Shown: positions 55,178 to 64,000 of the stretch, one piece after another
How the letters are laid out: the number at the start of each line of letters is the position of its first letter
Numbering within the stretch: the stretch's first letter is position 1
From: a bacterium
Lineage (GTDB): Bacteria; Patescibacteriota; Minisyncoccia; UBA6257; GWB1-50-10
Reading direction: 5' to 3'
DNA: 64,000 nt
Assembly: GCA_021814165.1 (NCBI GenBank)
Contig: JAKAIX010000002.1
Location: 136,501 to 200,500, forward strand
Made by a program: the position numbers and the translations under genes
The notes under the pieces: model-generated
The model's database searches: none
The model's input: only the letters and a program-made list of their open reading frames with translations
What the model was told of the DNA's origin: nothing

Positions 55178-57854
55178 TTTTCACATTGTTAATCGAAGAG
55201 GGGAAAGAGTCAAAAGCAGGGATGTCATGCCGTGTCAAAACGTTGCCGTCTTTTTCTTTCCTTGCAGAGAAAAAATCGAGGAGCGAGACCGTAATAACGC
55301 AGAAACTCGGGAAAGAGAGGATGAGTAATATAATCACCCACATAACCGCGTCCCTATGCAGAAAGCCGTAAGAATAAAGAAGAACAATCACACTCGCGGA
55401 GAACCACAGCGCCAAGAAAACATGGATCCACATCCTTTTTAGAAGTGAAATAAAGGTCGTGAGAGCCGTACCATTTCCTTCCTGGGCGATTCGCGTGCGC
55501 AAGAACGGTTTTTTGGGAAATAGGAATCCTTCCCAGATTGCGAGAGAAATAGTCGGCGTAAGCGCCGCCCCGGAGACCATCGCTGCAATTATCTGGAAAA
55601 TGTTTTTTGTGACCCGTTCCCTGTATACAAGGAAAATGGAGAGAAGGAGGAACAGAAAATAGAATATCGAGGGGTAAAGGAATTGCGACGGCGGAAAGAA
55701 TCTTTGATCAAAAATAACAAGAGCGCTTCCCAACATTCCGAGGAAAATAAAGAGCGGATAGAGCGCTTGTGCGAACCACACCGCCCATTCGCCGACAAAA
55801 TAGAAAGTCTGCGTCGGCGTGAACGCGGAATTGATCCCGAAAAGTTTTTTGAAATGCCGCAGCACGATGCGCACCGCTCCGTACACCCACCTGAATCGTT
55901 GCCTCCGGTATGCGGAAAAAGTATGTGCGGGATCTCCCACTCCCAGCGTCTTGTGCACGTAATACATGGAGTATCCCTCGGCGAGAATGCGAACGCCCAG
56001 TTCCGCATCCTCGGTGATGGATTGTTCGCTCCATCCTCCCATTTTTTCCAGTATGTTTCTTCGTATAAGCGTCATTGTCCCATGCTGTATGATCGCGTTC
56101 CTCTCATTGCGCTGCACCATCCCGATCTCGAAAAAACCGGCGTATTCGTGGTGTATAAATCGTTTAAAGAGATTTGAATCCTGCGTCCTGTGAACCTGCG
56201 GCGCCTGGACCACGGCGATATGCGGATCGGAGAAATATCCCGCGGTTTCCGTAAGCCAACTCGGAAATACTTCGTAATCCGCATCCACAACCCCGATGAT
56301 TTCCGCATCCGGGGCGGTCTGTGACAACCCGAAGTTGAGCGCGCCCGCCTTGAATCCCGGGCACGAATCAAGATGAAAAAACCGCACGATACCGGGATAC
56401 CGCTCTGAAAATTCAAAAACCGGCTTCCATAAACGTTCGTCGCTCGTGTTGTTGTCGATGACAATTATCTCCTTATTGGGATAATCAAGCGAGAGCAGGC
56501 TTCGAATCGCGCGGATGACGATACGGGGATCCTCGTCTCTCGCGGGAACATGAATGGAAACCTTCGGCGTGTTTTCTCGCGGAGGAAGGGGGATTACGTT
56601 TGTTAATCTCCTTTTTCCTATAACCTCAACAACTTCCACGGTTTGGATGAGCGTGAGAAAAAGAAGAAAAAACTGCGTGGGAAGCACGAAAAGCCACAAA
56701 AATGGCCTTCGCACCATGTACTCGCTTATCGCCGTTTGGCTTATAATGCTCGCGATGAGGGAAGATGCGGCGATGATCGAGATGCCGAAGAGAAGTCCCG
56801 CGGCGGAAAGATCGCGGAAAAGGTAAAGGAATATCGCGCCCAATAGTATGATGACGGCGGTCGTGCCCATGGCCCAATACTCCCAATTCCGGTCGTTCGT
56901 GACGGATCCGGTCAGCGAAAACTTTATCTTTTTCCCGGAATCGAACAGCCCCCAGTGAGCTCCCACTCTCCCTTCGTCGTACATCTTCCACGGTTGGTCA
57001 AAGGCCTCGAAAACATTGTATTGGATGCCCTCGCTCTTTGCTTGGGACGAGAACGCTCTTATGAAATAAGCCTGACCTACCAGGCTCGGAATTGATTCCC
57101 CGCGCTGTGCGCCGAGAGAGGGCCACCCGGTTTCTGTCACGAACACCATTTTCCCTCCGGCGATCTTCTGCGCTTCTTTATATTCTTCGACTGTCCACTT
57201 CACCGAATCTTCTATCGGAACGGAGGCCCAGTAAGGGAGCGCGTGGAGTCCCACCACGTCCACCGCCCCGAGGAGATCCTGATTATTGCGCCATTCGGCG
57301 AGCCGCTCCGACGCTCCCACCGGTATTGCCACCTGTTGCCTTACGCGTTCGATGTAGTCGATCAGTTTCTGTTTGGAAATTCTGTTAAATTGCAGAACCT
57401 CGTTTCCCACGAACGCCATCGTTATATTCCTGTTTTTCGCTATCGTCTGGATGAGCGTATCCACTTCTCTTTTATCCTCGTTTTCGTCTTTCCCTTCAAT
57501 CCACGCGCCTCCTATCACCGTCATGTTGAATTCCTTCGCAATCTGCGGCACCAGCTCCATCCCGTGAGTCGCGTGATATATCCGCACGCAGGGGGAAATT
57601 TGTGAAATAAGACGGAGATCGCTTCTAATCTGCTCCTCCGTAACGGCGAAGTTCTTTTTCGTAATGTCCCCCTCGAAGATATACCGGGGATCGTAGCTTA
57701 TACATTGGAATTTCGTCGCCGAAGCGACTATGCTCTTTTCCAAAAATAAAAATCTCCACACCAGCACCATCGCCGCGGAGAGTACTACGAGAAATAGAAT
57801 CCCTATGATTATGCCGCTCTTCCGTCCCGCGACGCGATGAACCATATCACCCAT
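55146..57854 (-). CDS. GH17 (beta-1,3-glucanosyltransferase-like) and GT2 fusion membrane protein; beta-glucan synthase-like, NdvB-type architecture.
   Basis: The GH17 catalytic motifs are AFVGNEVL and VFVTETGWPSLG. There are about 6 TM helices. The GT2 domain has D,D,D...Q-x-x-R-W (RRQRFRWVYGAV). Confidence 0.75.
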   Translation of the reverse strand: MGDMVHRVAGRKSGIIIGILFLVVLSAAMVLVWRFLFLEKSIVASATKFQCISYDPRYIFEGDITKKNFAVTEEQIRSDLRLISQISPCVRIYHATHGMELVPQIAKEFNMTVIGGAWIEGKDENEDKREVDTLIQTIAKNRNITMAFVGNEVLQFNRISKQKLIDYIERVRQQVAIPVGASERLAEWRNNQDLLGAVDVVGLHALPYWASVPIEDSVKWTVEEYKEAQKIAGGKMVFVTETGWPSLGAQRGESIPSLVGQAYFIRAFSSQAKSEGIQYNVFEAFDQPWKMYDEGRVGAHWGLFDSGKKIKFSLTGSVTNDRNWEYWAMGTTAVIILLGAIFLYLFRDLSAAGLLFGISIIAASSLIASIISQTAISEYMVRRPFLWLFVLPTQFFLLFLTLIQTVEVVEVIGKRRLTNVIPLPPRENTPKVSIHVPARDEDPRIVIRAIRSLLSLDYPNKEIIVIDNNTSDERLWKPVFEFSERYPGIVRFFHLDSCPGFKAGALNFGLSQTAPDAEIIGVVDADYEVFPSWLTETAGYFSDPHIAVVQAPQVHRTQDSNLFKRFIHHEYAGFFEIGMVQRNERNAIIQHGTMTLIRRNILEKMGGWSEQSITEDAELGVRILAEGYSMYYVHKTLGVGDPAHTFSAYRRQRFRWVYGAVRIVLRHFKKLFGINSAFTPTQTFYFVGEWAVWFAQALYPLFIFLGMLGSALVIFDQRFFPPSQFLYPSIFYFLFLLLSIFLVYRERVTKNIFQIIAAMVSGAALTPTISLAIWEGFLFPKKPFLRTRIAQEGNGTALTTFISLLKRMWIHVFLALWFSASVIVLLYSYGFLHRDAVMWVIILLILSFPSFCVITVSLLDFFSARKEKDGNVLTRHDIPAFDSFPSSINNVKNENLSHRDQL

Positions 57855-58325
57855 AACATATCACATAACCGTTGGCATATGAAATTGCCGTATCCATGCC
57901 TGATGCTCTATACTCTTACTATGATTCAATTCTTATATGTGTTCAGTGATTGGGGGCTTCTCGCATTACGTCTCGTGCTCGGTCTTATCTTTCTCGTGCA
58001 CGGATGGAGGAAGGTCAAAAACCTAAGCGGCGCCGTCTCGTCGTTTGAAGCAATGGGATTCAAGCCTGCGAAATTTTGGGGTCCGTTTGTAGCATTCCTT
58101 GAATTTGTAGGAGGCATTGCGCTTATCGTCGGAATTGTCACACAGGTGTTCGCGGCGCTCTTTTTCGTCCAGTTCGTTGTCGCAATCCTCAAGGTAACCG
58201 GAAAGAAAGGATTTGCGGGAGGATACGAATTTGATCTCCTTATCCTCGCCGCGCTCCTAGCGCTTGTGGTGCTCGGCAGCGGATCTTTCTCCGCCGACTC
58301 AATGCTTGGACTCCTCCTCTATTAG
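57837..58325 (+). CDS. DoxX-family small membrane protein.
   Basis: LALRLVLGLIFLVHGWRKV...GGIALIVGI has DoxX topology with 4 TM helices. The start may be downstream (MKLPY or MIQFL). Confidence 0.55.
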   Translation: MNHITHNISHNRWHMKLPYPCLMLYTLTMIQFLYVFSDWGLLALRLVLGLIFLVHGWRKVKNLSGAVSSFEAMGFKPAKFWGPFVAFLEFVGGIALIVGIVTQVFAALFFVQFVVAILKVTGKKGFAGGYEFDLLILAALLALVVLGSGSFSADSMLGLLLY

Positions 58326-58342
58326 AAAGAGCATCTTCTTGT

Positions 58343-59839
58343 ATGACCCGCTTTTGGGAAATATTACCTGGTGCCGCCGCGTGGGGCACCCTTCTTCTTC
58401 TGGTGGCGCTTTCATGGCAGGCACCGGTCGTGGTGGTCGTATTTATTCTCCTTTACGACTTATATTGGCTCCTAAAGCTTGTTTATCTCTTCTTCCATCT
58501 TCGCTTCTCGTTCGCGAGGATGCGGGCGAACATGAAGCTGGACTGGCTTGAGAAGCTAAAGTCGGAAGAGCGGGGGAAGTGGGAGGATGTTCATCACCTT
58601 GTGATATTCCCCATGTATCACGAGCCGCACAACCTGGTGCGCGAGAGTTTCTTAAGCCTGATACATTCGAATTATCCAAAGGACAGACTGTTTGTAGCGC
58701 TTGGAGTCGAAGAGCGTGGCGGGGCGGGCGACGCGGAAGTCGCGGAAAAAATCAAGGAAGAATTCGGTTCGTCCTTTAAGTCGTTTTCTATCGTAACCCA
58801 TCCCGATGCCATCGAAGGGGAGCTCAAGGGGAAAAGCGCGAATGTCACATGGGCGGCGCGGCACATAGTGAGGGAGGTGATCGATCCGTCCGGCGTTCCT
58901 TACGCACGCATCATCGTCTCGGTTTTCGATATGGATAGCCGCACCGAACGCGACTACTTCGGAGTGCTTACGTACGCGTTCCTTACCTCACCGCATCCGG
59001 ATCGCTCAAGTTACCAGCCGATTCCGCTTTTTATCAATAATGTTCACTATGCGCCGTTCTTTGCGCGACTCGTCGGATTTTCCTCAAGTTTCTGGCAGCT
59101 GATGCAGGAATCCCGCGAGGAGCAGCTTGTCACTTTTTCTTCCCACAGCATGCCGCTCCAAGCCGTCGTCGATATCGATTATTGGGATACGAACATCGTA
59201 TCCGAGGACTCGAGAATTTTTTTCAAATGTTTTTCGCATTATGGAGGCGACTGGCGCGTCGTTCCGCTTTTCTACCCGATCTATATGGATGCTATTGAGG
59301 GAGCGACGCTCCGCCAGGCGGCGGCAAGCTTGTATAAACAGCAGCGTCGCTGGGCATGGGGAGCGGAAAACATCTCGTACCTTGCCCGTGATTTTAGGGA
59401 AAAAGGGAAAACCATTCCGCGGCGCACCAAGTGGTTCTGGCTCTGGACGCTTTTTGAGGGATCGTACTCGTGGGCGACCAGCTCTTTCGTTATCTTCTTT
59501 TTCGGATGGCTTCCGAATTTGATAGGGGGAAGCGCTTTCACGAGTTCGGTGCTCTCCTACAATCTTCCGCGGTTCACGGGATGGATTCTGAACATAGGAT
59601 CGGTCGGCATAATTGCTTCCGCGTTTTTCTCCGTGATACTTCTCGCCCCGCGAATAAAAGGATTCAAGGCGTGGCATTACACCTTATACCTCCTGCAATG
59701 GATCGCTACGCCGGTTATTTTCGTGTTTTTCAGCTCGCTTCCCGCGATCGACGGCCTGACGCGTCTCATGCTCGGAGGAAAATTCCGTCTCGGATATTGG
59801 AAGACGCCAAAAGCGGGGGCGCGCCCCGTAGCGCAGTAA
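58343..59839 (+). CDS. GT2-family processive glycosyltransferase (cellulose/chitin-synthase-like) membrane protein.
   Basis: DxD (SVFDMDS) and Q-x-x-R-W (KQQRRWAWG) motifs, with N- and C-terminal TM helices. Confidence 0.7.
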   Translation: MTRFWEILPGAAAWGTLLLLVALSWQAPVVVVVFILLYDLYWLLKLVYLFFHLRFSFARMRANMKLDWLEKLKSEERGKWEDVHHLVIFPMYHEPHNLVRESFLSLIHSNYPKDRLFVALGVEERGGAGDAEVAEKIKEEFGSSFKSFSIVTHPDAIEGELKGKSANVTWAARHIVREVIDPSGVPYARIIVSVFDMDSRTERDYFGVLTYAFLTSPHPDRSSYQPIPLFINNVHYAPFFARLVGFSSSFWQLMQESREEQLVTFSSHSMPLQAVVDIDYWDTNIVSEDSRIFFKCFSHYGGDWRVVPLFYPIYMDAIEGATLRQAAASLYKQQRRWAWGAENISYLARDFREKGKTIPRRTKWFWLWTLFEGSYSWATSSFVIFFFGWLPNLIGGSAFTSSVLSYNLPRFTGWILNIGSVGIIASAFFSVILLAPRIKGFKAWHYTLYLLQWIATPVIFVFFSSLPAIDGLTRLMLGGKFRLGYWKTPKAGARPVAQ

Positions 59840-59843
59840 TACC

Positions 59844-60362
59844 ATGCAGGAATATGTGACCGACGCAATCGTGCTTTCCGTGCATCCGCGCGGTGAAGCG
59901 GACCGCGCGATCGATTGCTACACGGAGCAGCTGGGGAGAATCGAAGTACGCATGATAGGAGGGAGAAAGCCGCTTTCAAAACTTTCTCCTCATTGCGACG
60001 TGGGCAGCCTGGTGGTGATCCGTCTTGTTGAAAAAAACCAATTCACTCTTATTGATGCGCTACGAGCGATGCCTTCCCGCATTCTTTCTCCGGCCGCACT
60101 CCGCGTGATCGGGCTCATCCGCGCGCTTGCGCCGAAGGGAGTTTCCGACGCGCGTCTCTGGGAAGCGCTGAAGCGAGTCGTATGCGGGAGCGGGGAGAGT
60201 ATCGCGGTGTTTTTCAAGCTATTGGGATATGATTCGACGTCCGCATCCTGCGAAGCGTGCGGGGAAAACCCCGTTTCACTGTTCTCGCTCCCGCACCATG
60301 AATTTTTCTGCGATCAATGCGGCGCTCGACTGCCCGAGAGCGACATAGTATATTGTTCATAA
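59844..60362 (+). CDS. recO: DNA repair protein RecO-like: short, with an OB fold and a C4 zinc finger.
   Basis: N-terminus VTDAIVLSVHPRGEADRAIDCYTEQLGRIEV (OB fold), and C-terminal C-x2-C...C-x2-C (CEACGEN...CDQCG). Confidence 0.55.
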   Translation: MQEYVTDAIVLSVHPRGEADRAIDCYTEQLGRIEVRMIGGRKPLSKLSPHCDVGSLVVIRLVEKNQFTLIDALRAMPSRILSPAALRVIGLIRALAPKGVSDARLWEALKRVVCGSGESIAVFFKLLGYDSTSASCEACGENPVSLFSLPHHEFFCDQCGARLPESDIVYCS

Positions 60363-60366
60363 CGCG

Positions 60367-62190
60367 ATGACACTTCGTGATCTCGAAAAAAGAATCGAGG
60401 CGTTTCAGAAACGGCAATCGAAACGCGCCGTTTCGCGGAGGAGAAAAAAGACGAACGATGCTCCGCCGAACTGGCTCAAGAAAACGCTTCTTATAGGAAC
60501 GGGGATAGGGTTCGGCATCATCGCACTCGGCGCGCTTTTCATTGTCATGTATATGAGCGCACCGAGGGGGGTGAGCGTTGACGTATACACGGAACGCAGC
60601 GTAACGCGCGGAGTGCCGTTTGAGGTGTCGGTGAGCGTAACGAATAACGCCAGCATGACGCTTCAAAACGGGAGCATTACCCTGAATCTCCCGGACGGTA
60701 TTGTTGCTGCGGGACCGGGCGCGGATCCCTCGATAGTGACCGATACGATCGGAGAACTGAAATCGGGAGGCCTCAATAAAAAAACGTACACGCTGATACC
60801 GGTAGCGGAACAGGGAAACGAAATGAAAATCACCGCGGTATTTTCTTATGAGACGAAACCGGGATCGCGTTTTGATGCGAAGAATGACGCGACAGTAGCG
60901 GTGGGCGACTCCGTAATCGCGCTCTCGGTGAAAAAACCCGATCAGGCACTCGAGGGATCCACCTTTTCGTTCGATGTTGCTTATGTCAATACGTCGGACT
61001 CCGGACTCAAGGATGTCTCGCTTGAAGCGGATTACCCCGATGGATTCCGTTTTGATTCATCCTCGATCCCTCCCTCGTCGTTTACGAACTACTGGGATCT
61101 TGGCGATCTTCCCGCGCACGCCTCAGGAACGCTTACGATCTCGGGGCGGTTCGGAAACGGTTCCCAGCCCGACTTTTCGATTCCTTTGAAGATTTCCGCG
61201 AAATTCGGCGAAAAGGAATATCCCTTAGGGACAACGTCGGCCGACTTCACGCTTGCGCCCTCGCCGTTGGGACTCGAGGTCGGGATCAACGGGCAAGAAA
61301 ATTACGTAGCGCATGTGGGCGATACGCTTGAGTATTCGGTACGGTATCAGAATAACAGCGGCATTGCTCTTGCAAACCTCGCTCTGCACGCGGTCCTTGT
61401 GGGAGAACTCTTTGATTTTTCTTCGCTCTCCGCGCCGGATGCTTCATATAACGCGACCACGCACACGCTTACATGGAACTCGGCGAACAATCCCTCATTG
61501 CGGTTGGTGGACCCGGGAATATCCGGCGAAGTTCATTTTTCAATCTCGCTTAAGAACCAGTTTAAATTAAATCGCATGAATGACAGAAACTATTCCGCGC
61601 GCGCGACGATAGGCGCCGAATCGCCTTCTGTGCCGTACTACCTCTCCGCGTCACGCACATATGCGGAACGTATCATGGATACAAAAGTATCCGGAGCGGT
61701 TTCGGTCGCGTCACGGGCCTATTACCGCGACGCGTTGAGCCAGATCGCGAATGCGGGATCGCTTCCCCCGAAAGTGGGGCAGGGAACGCAGTACACGGTA
61801 CACTGGCTTCTTTCCAGTTCCGCGAACGACATAAATAACATCGAGGTGCGCGCTGCGCTTCCGGAGGGAGTGAAATGGACGGGGGTCGTGAAGAGCAACG
61901 GCGATTCCGATCCTCAATTCGATTCCGCCGCGAACGAGGTGGTATGGAATATCTCGAAATTATCCGCGAATCGCGGCGTACTCACGAGCCCGCTTGAAGC
62001 GGTATTCCAGATAGAAGCCACGCCGGGCGAAGCCCAAGTGGGCCAATACCAAACGATCCTGGGAAAGACGCGTCTTTCGGCAACCGACAGCTTTACCGGT
62101 TCCGCGCTTCAGGCGAGTGCGAATCCTTTGACGACCGCGCTTCCGTTGGACGACACCGTAAGCTCCGCGCAGGGGATAGTCGTGAAATGA
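60367..62190 (+). CDS. Membrane-anchored surface protein with repeated beta-sandwich (DUF11/CARDB-like) modules.
   Basis: A cytoplasmic basic N-terminus, one TM (LLIGTGIGFGIIALGALFIV), then a long Ser/Thr/Asn-rich repeated ectodomain. Confidence 0.5.
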   Translation: MTLRDLEKRIEAFQKRQSKRAVSRRRKKTNDAPPNWLKKTLLIGTGIGFGIIALGALFIVMYMSAPRGVSVDVYTERSVTRGVPFEVSVSVTNNASMTLQNGSITLNLPDGIVAAGPGADPSIVTDTIGELKSGGLNKKTYTLIPVAEQGNEMKITAVFSYETKPGSRFDAKNDATVAVGDSVIALSVKKPDQALEGSTFSFDVAYVNTSDSGLKDVSLEADYPDGFRFDSSSIPPSSFTNYWDLGDLPAHASGTLTISGRFGNGSQPDFSIPLKISAKFGEKEYPLGTTSADFTLAPSPLGLEVGINGQENYVAHVGDTLEYSVRYQNNSGIALANLALHAVLVGELFDFSSLSAPDASYNATTHTLTWNSANNPSLRLVDPGISGEVHFSISLKNQFKLNRMNDRNYSARATIGAESPSVPYYLSASRTYAERIMDTKVSGAVSVASRAYYRDALSQIANAGSLPPKVGQGTQYTVHWLLSSSANDINNIEVRAALPEGVKWTGVVKSNGDSDPQFDSAANEVVWNISKLSANRGVLTSPLEAVFQIEATPGEAQVGQYQTILGKTRLSATDSFTGSALQASANPLTTALPLDDTVSSAQGIVVK

Positions 62191-62205
62191 CAAAGTTTGA
62201 AAATC

Positions 62206-62261
62206 GGTCTGAGGCCCGGCCTCCGAGACCTGCCTGCGCAGGCAGGGGAAGCCGGGCCTCA
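62206..62261. repeat. Hairpin repeat with the nested palindrome; it doubles as the terminator downstream of the 607-aa surface-protein gene.
   Basis: ggtctgaggcccggcctcc-gaga-CCTGCCTGCGCAGGCAGG-ggaagccgggcctca, followed by TCGGTTTTTATTC. Confidence 0.7.
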
Positions 62262-62314
62262 TCGGTTTTTATTCATTCGTTGTAAGTTTCGGGTTATTTG
62301 TTTAGAATCTCCTT

Positions 62315-63691
62315 ATGGATTCGTTCGAAAAAATTGCGAGCCTAGCGAAGAGAAGAGGGTTCATCTATCCCGGTTCCGAAATTTACGGCGGGCTCGCGGG
62401 TACGTGGGATTACGGCCCGTTGGGTGTTGAGCTGAAACGGAATCTCAAGAACGAATTTTGGCGATCGATGGTGCAGCTTCGCGATGATGTGGTGGGTATC
62501 GATGCGGCAATCGTGATGAGCCCGAAAGTATGGGAGGCATCCGGACACCTTGAGTCATTTGCCGACCCGCTTGTGGAGTGCAAAAAATGCCACCATCGAT
62601 TTCGTCCGGACGAAATCGCAAATTCTAAATCCGAAGCACCAAATCCTAAACAAATTCGAAATTCAAAATCGGAAATTAAAAACAAAAACGAGGAACTGCG
62701 ATGCCCCGAATGTGGCGGCGAACTTACTGAGCCGAAGCAGTTTAATCTGATGGTTGAGACGTACCTCGGTGTCGTCGAGGGAGAAAAGCTAAAAACGTAT
62801 CTCCGCGGCGAGATTACGCAGGGCGTACACGTGAATTTCAAGAACGTGCTCTCCTCGACGCGCGTAAAGCCGCCGTTCGGGGTCGCTCAGATCGGGAAGG
62901 CGTTCAGAAACGAAATCACGCCGGGCGGATTTACCTTCCGATCGCGCGAATTCGAACAAATGGAGCTCCAGTTCTATACGAAACCGGACGAGGAAGAATC
63001 AATGAAGTGGTTCGAGTACTGGAAAGAGGAACGTCTTACGTGGTATCTCTCCCTCGGCGTTAAAAAAGAAAACCTTCATTTCAAAGAGCACGCGAAAGAC
63101 GAGCTCGCGCACTATGCGCGCGCCGCATTCGACATCGAATATCGGGTGGACGGCGTATGGAAAGAGATGGAAGGAATCCATCATCGCGGCGATTGGGACG
63201 TGAAACGCCATCAGGAGTCTTCGAAAGAAGATATGACATACTTCGATGAAGAGACGAAAGAGCGTTACCTGCCGTACATCGTCGAAACGTCGGGGGGGGT
63301 GGACCGGGCGGCGCTTTTTCTTCTCATCGACGCCTACGAAGAGGAGAAACTCGAAGGAGGGGACGAACGAACGGTGTTGAAGCTTCACCCGAAACTCGCG
63401 CCCTACAAAGCGGCGGTGTTTCCGCTTCTCGCAAACAAGCCGGATCTGGTAAAACTCGCGAAGACGATTTACGACGATTTGAAGAGAGAGTTTATGGTAA
63501 CGTGGGATGATCGCGGTAATATCGGAAAGCGTTATCGAGCGCAGGATGAAGCCGGAACCCCCTTTTGCGTTACCGTGGACTTCGACAGCTTGGAAAAGCA
63601 CGACGTCACCGTCCGCGACCGCGACTCGATGAAACAGGACAGGGTTTCCATTAAAGAACTCAAGAGTTATTTCTCAAAAAAATTGGAGTAG
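62315..63691 (+). CDS. glyQS: Glycyl-tRNA synthetase, alpha2 dimeric type.
   Basis: RRGFIYPGSEIYGGLAGTWDYGPLGVELKRN (motif 1), a zinc-knuckle insertion, and a C-terminal anticodon-binding domain. It has an in-frame AT-rich repeat expansion. Confidence 0.9.
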   Translation: MDSFEKIASLAKRRGFIYPGSEIYGGLAGTWDYGPLGVELKRNLKNEFWRSMVQLRDDVVGIDAAIVMSPKVWEASGHLESFADPLVECKKCHHRFRPDEIANSKSEAPNPKQIRNSKSEIKNKNEELRCPECGGELTEPKQFNLMVETYLGVVEGEKLKTYLRGEITQGVHVNFKNVLSSTRVKPPFGVAQIGKAFRNEITPGGFTFRSREFEQMELQFYTKPDEEESMKWFEYWKEERLTWYLSLGVKKENLHFKEHAKDELAHYARAAFDIEYRVDGVWKEMEGIHHRGDWDVKRHQESSKEDMTYFDEETKERYLPYIVETSGGVDRAALFLLIDAYEEEKLEGGDERTVLKLHPKLAPYKAAVFPLLANKPDLVKLAKTIYDDLKREFMVTWDDRGNIGKRYRAQDEAGTPFCVTVDFDSLEKHDVTVRDRDSMKQDRVSIKELKSYFSKKLE

Positions 63692-63818
63692 TTGGGGGCC
63701 TAACCCCGTTGTTTGTTATTTATAACACTTCCCTTCCGATCGTAGCATGAGTGTTATATCGAGGCCGGGCCTCGATAGATTTGGTGTTCCCCAAAAAAGA
63801 GGGTATGATGCTCGTTAT

Positions 63819-64000
63819 ATGAAAGAAGTGAAAAGAATCAAGTTGAAAAACGGGCTTCGGGTGATCCTCGTGCCGAAAAAAGGAAGCCTGGCGACGACCG
63901 TAATGGTGATGGTTGAAGCGGGATCGAAGTACGAGACGAAGGAGATAAACGGCATTTCGCATTTTCTGGAACATATGTGCTTTAAGGGCACGAAGGATCG
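63819..64000 (+). CDS. M16-family (insulinase/pitrilysin-like) peptidase, N-terminal fragment running off the window edge.
   Basis: MKEVKRIKLKNGLRVILVPKKGSLATTVMVMVEAGSKYE...GISHFLEHMCFKGT. The inverted zinc motif H-x-x-E-H is present. Confidence 0.6.
   Translation, partial: MKEVKRIKLKNGLRVILVPKKGSLATTVMVMVEAGSKYETKEINGISHFLEHMCFKGTKD

Noticed and set aside
62197-62430. ORF encoding MKIGLRPGLRDLPAQAGEAGPHRFLF...
   Set aside because: It is read straight through the GC-rich hairpin/palindrome repeat in the recO-side/glyQS spacer. The repeat accounts for the open frame and the ORF overlaps the glyQS start, so it is spurious.
14251-63776. Possibility that the dispersed palindromic repeats are a CRISPR array
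   Set aside because: The copies are scattered over 50 kb, including inside genes, and are not regularly spaced with unique spacers. No cas genes are present, so this is not CRISPR.

Overview
This 64-kb chromosomal segment is about 50-55% GC with short AT-rich spacers, reads as one compact genome, and carries roughly 64 protein-coding genes. I find three tRNAs (Leu-UAG, Ile-UAU, Val-UAC), no rRNA and no CRISPR array. The recognisable core is housekeeping: rpsO-pnp, gyrA, rpsA-like, ftsH, glyA, folD, recA, ftsK, a PGM/PMM-family mutase, nusA, an H+-pyrophosphatase, murD, hsp20, valS, tsaD, recO, glyQS and rsmA. Many small secreted or membrane proteins sit between them, including a tandem array of four VirB2/TrbC-like pilin paralogs and a partial VirB6/TrbL-like polytopic membrane protein, plus a GH17-GT2 glucan-synthase-like pair. 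No biosynthetic operons are present. By inference, the gene content and reduced metabolism resemble a small-genome Patescibacteria/CPR-type bacterium. The most unusual items are these. (1) A low-GC three-gene cassette (14.55-16.78 kb) with a consensus sigma70-like promoter and an intrinsic terminator, next to tRNA-Leu and a tyrosine recombinase; none of its proteins is recognisable. (2) A large amidoligase-like protein clustered with a DmpA-family aminopeptidase and an Asp/Glu racemase. (3) Two families of short repeats, one GC-rich hairpin with a nested 18-nt palindrome and one AT-rich heptamer-like tandem repeat; both are scattered through intergenic regions and also sit in-frame inside essential genes (tsaD, murD, valS, glyQS, rsmA, a GT39 transferase). 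(4) A tRNA-Ile with a UAU anticodon. (5) Two roughly 150-nt elements bounded by long perfect inverted repeats. All functional calls come from motif recognition by eye; no searches were run.
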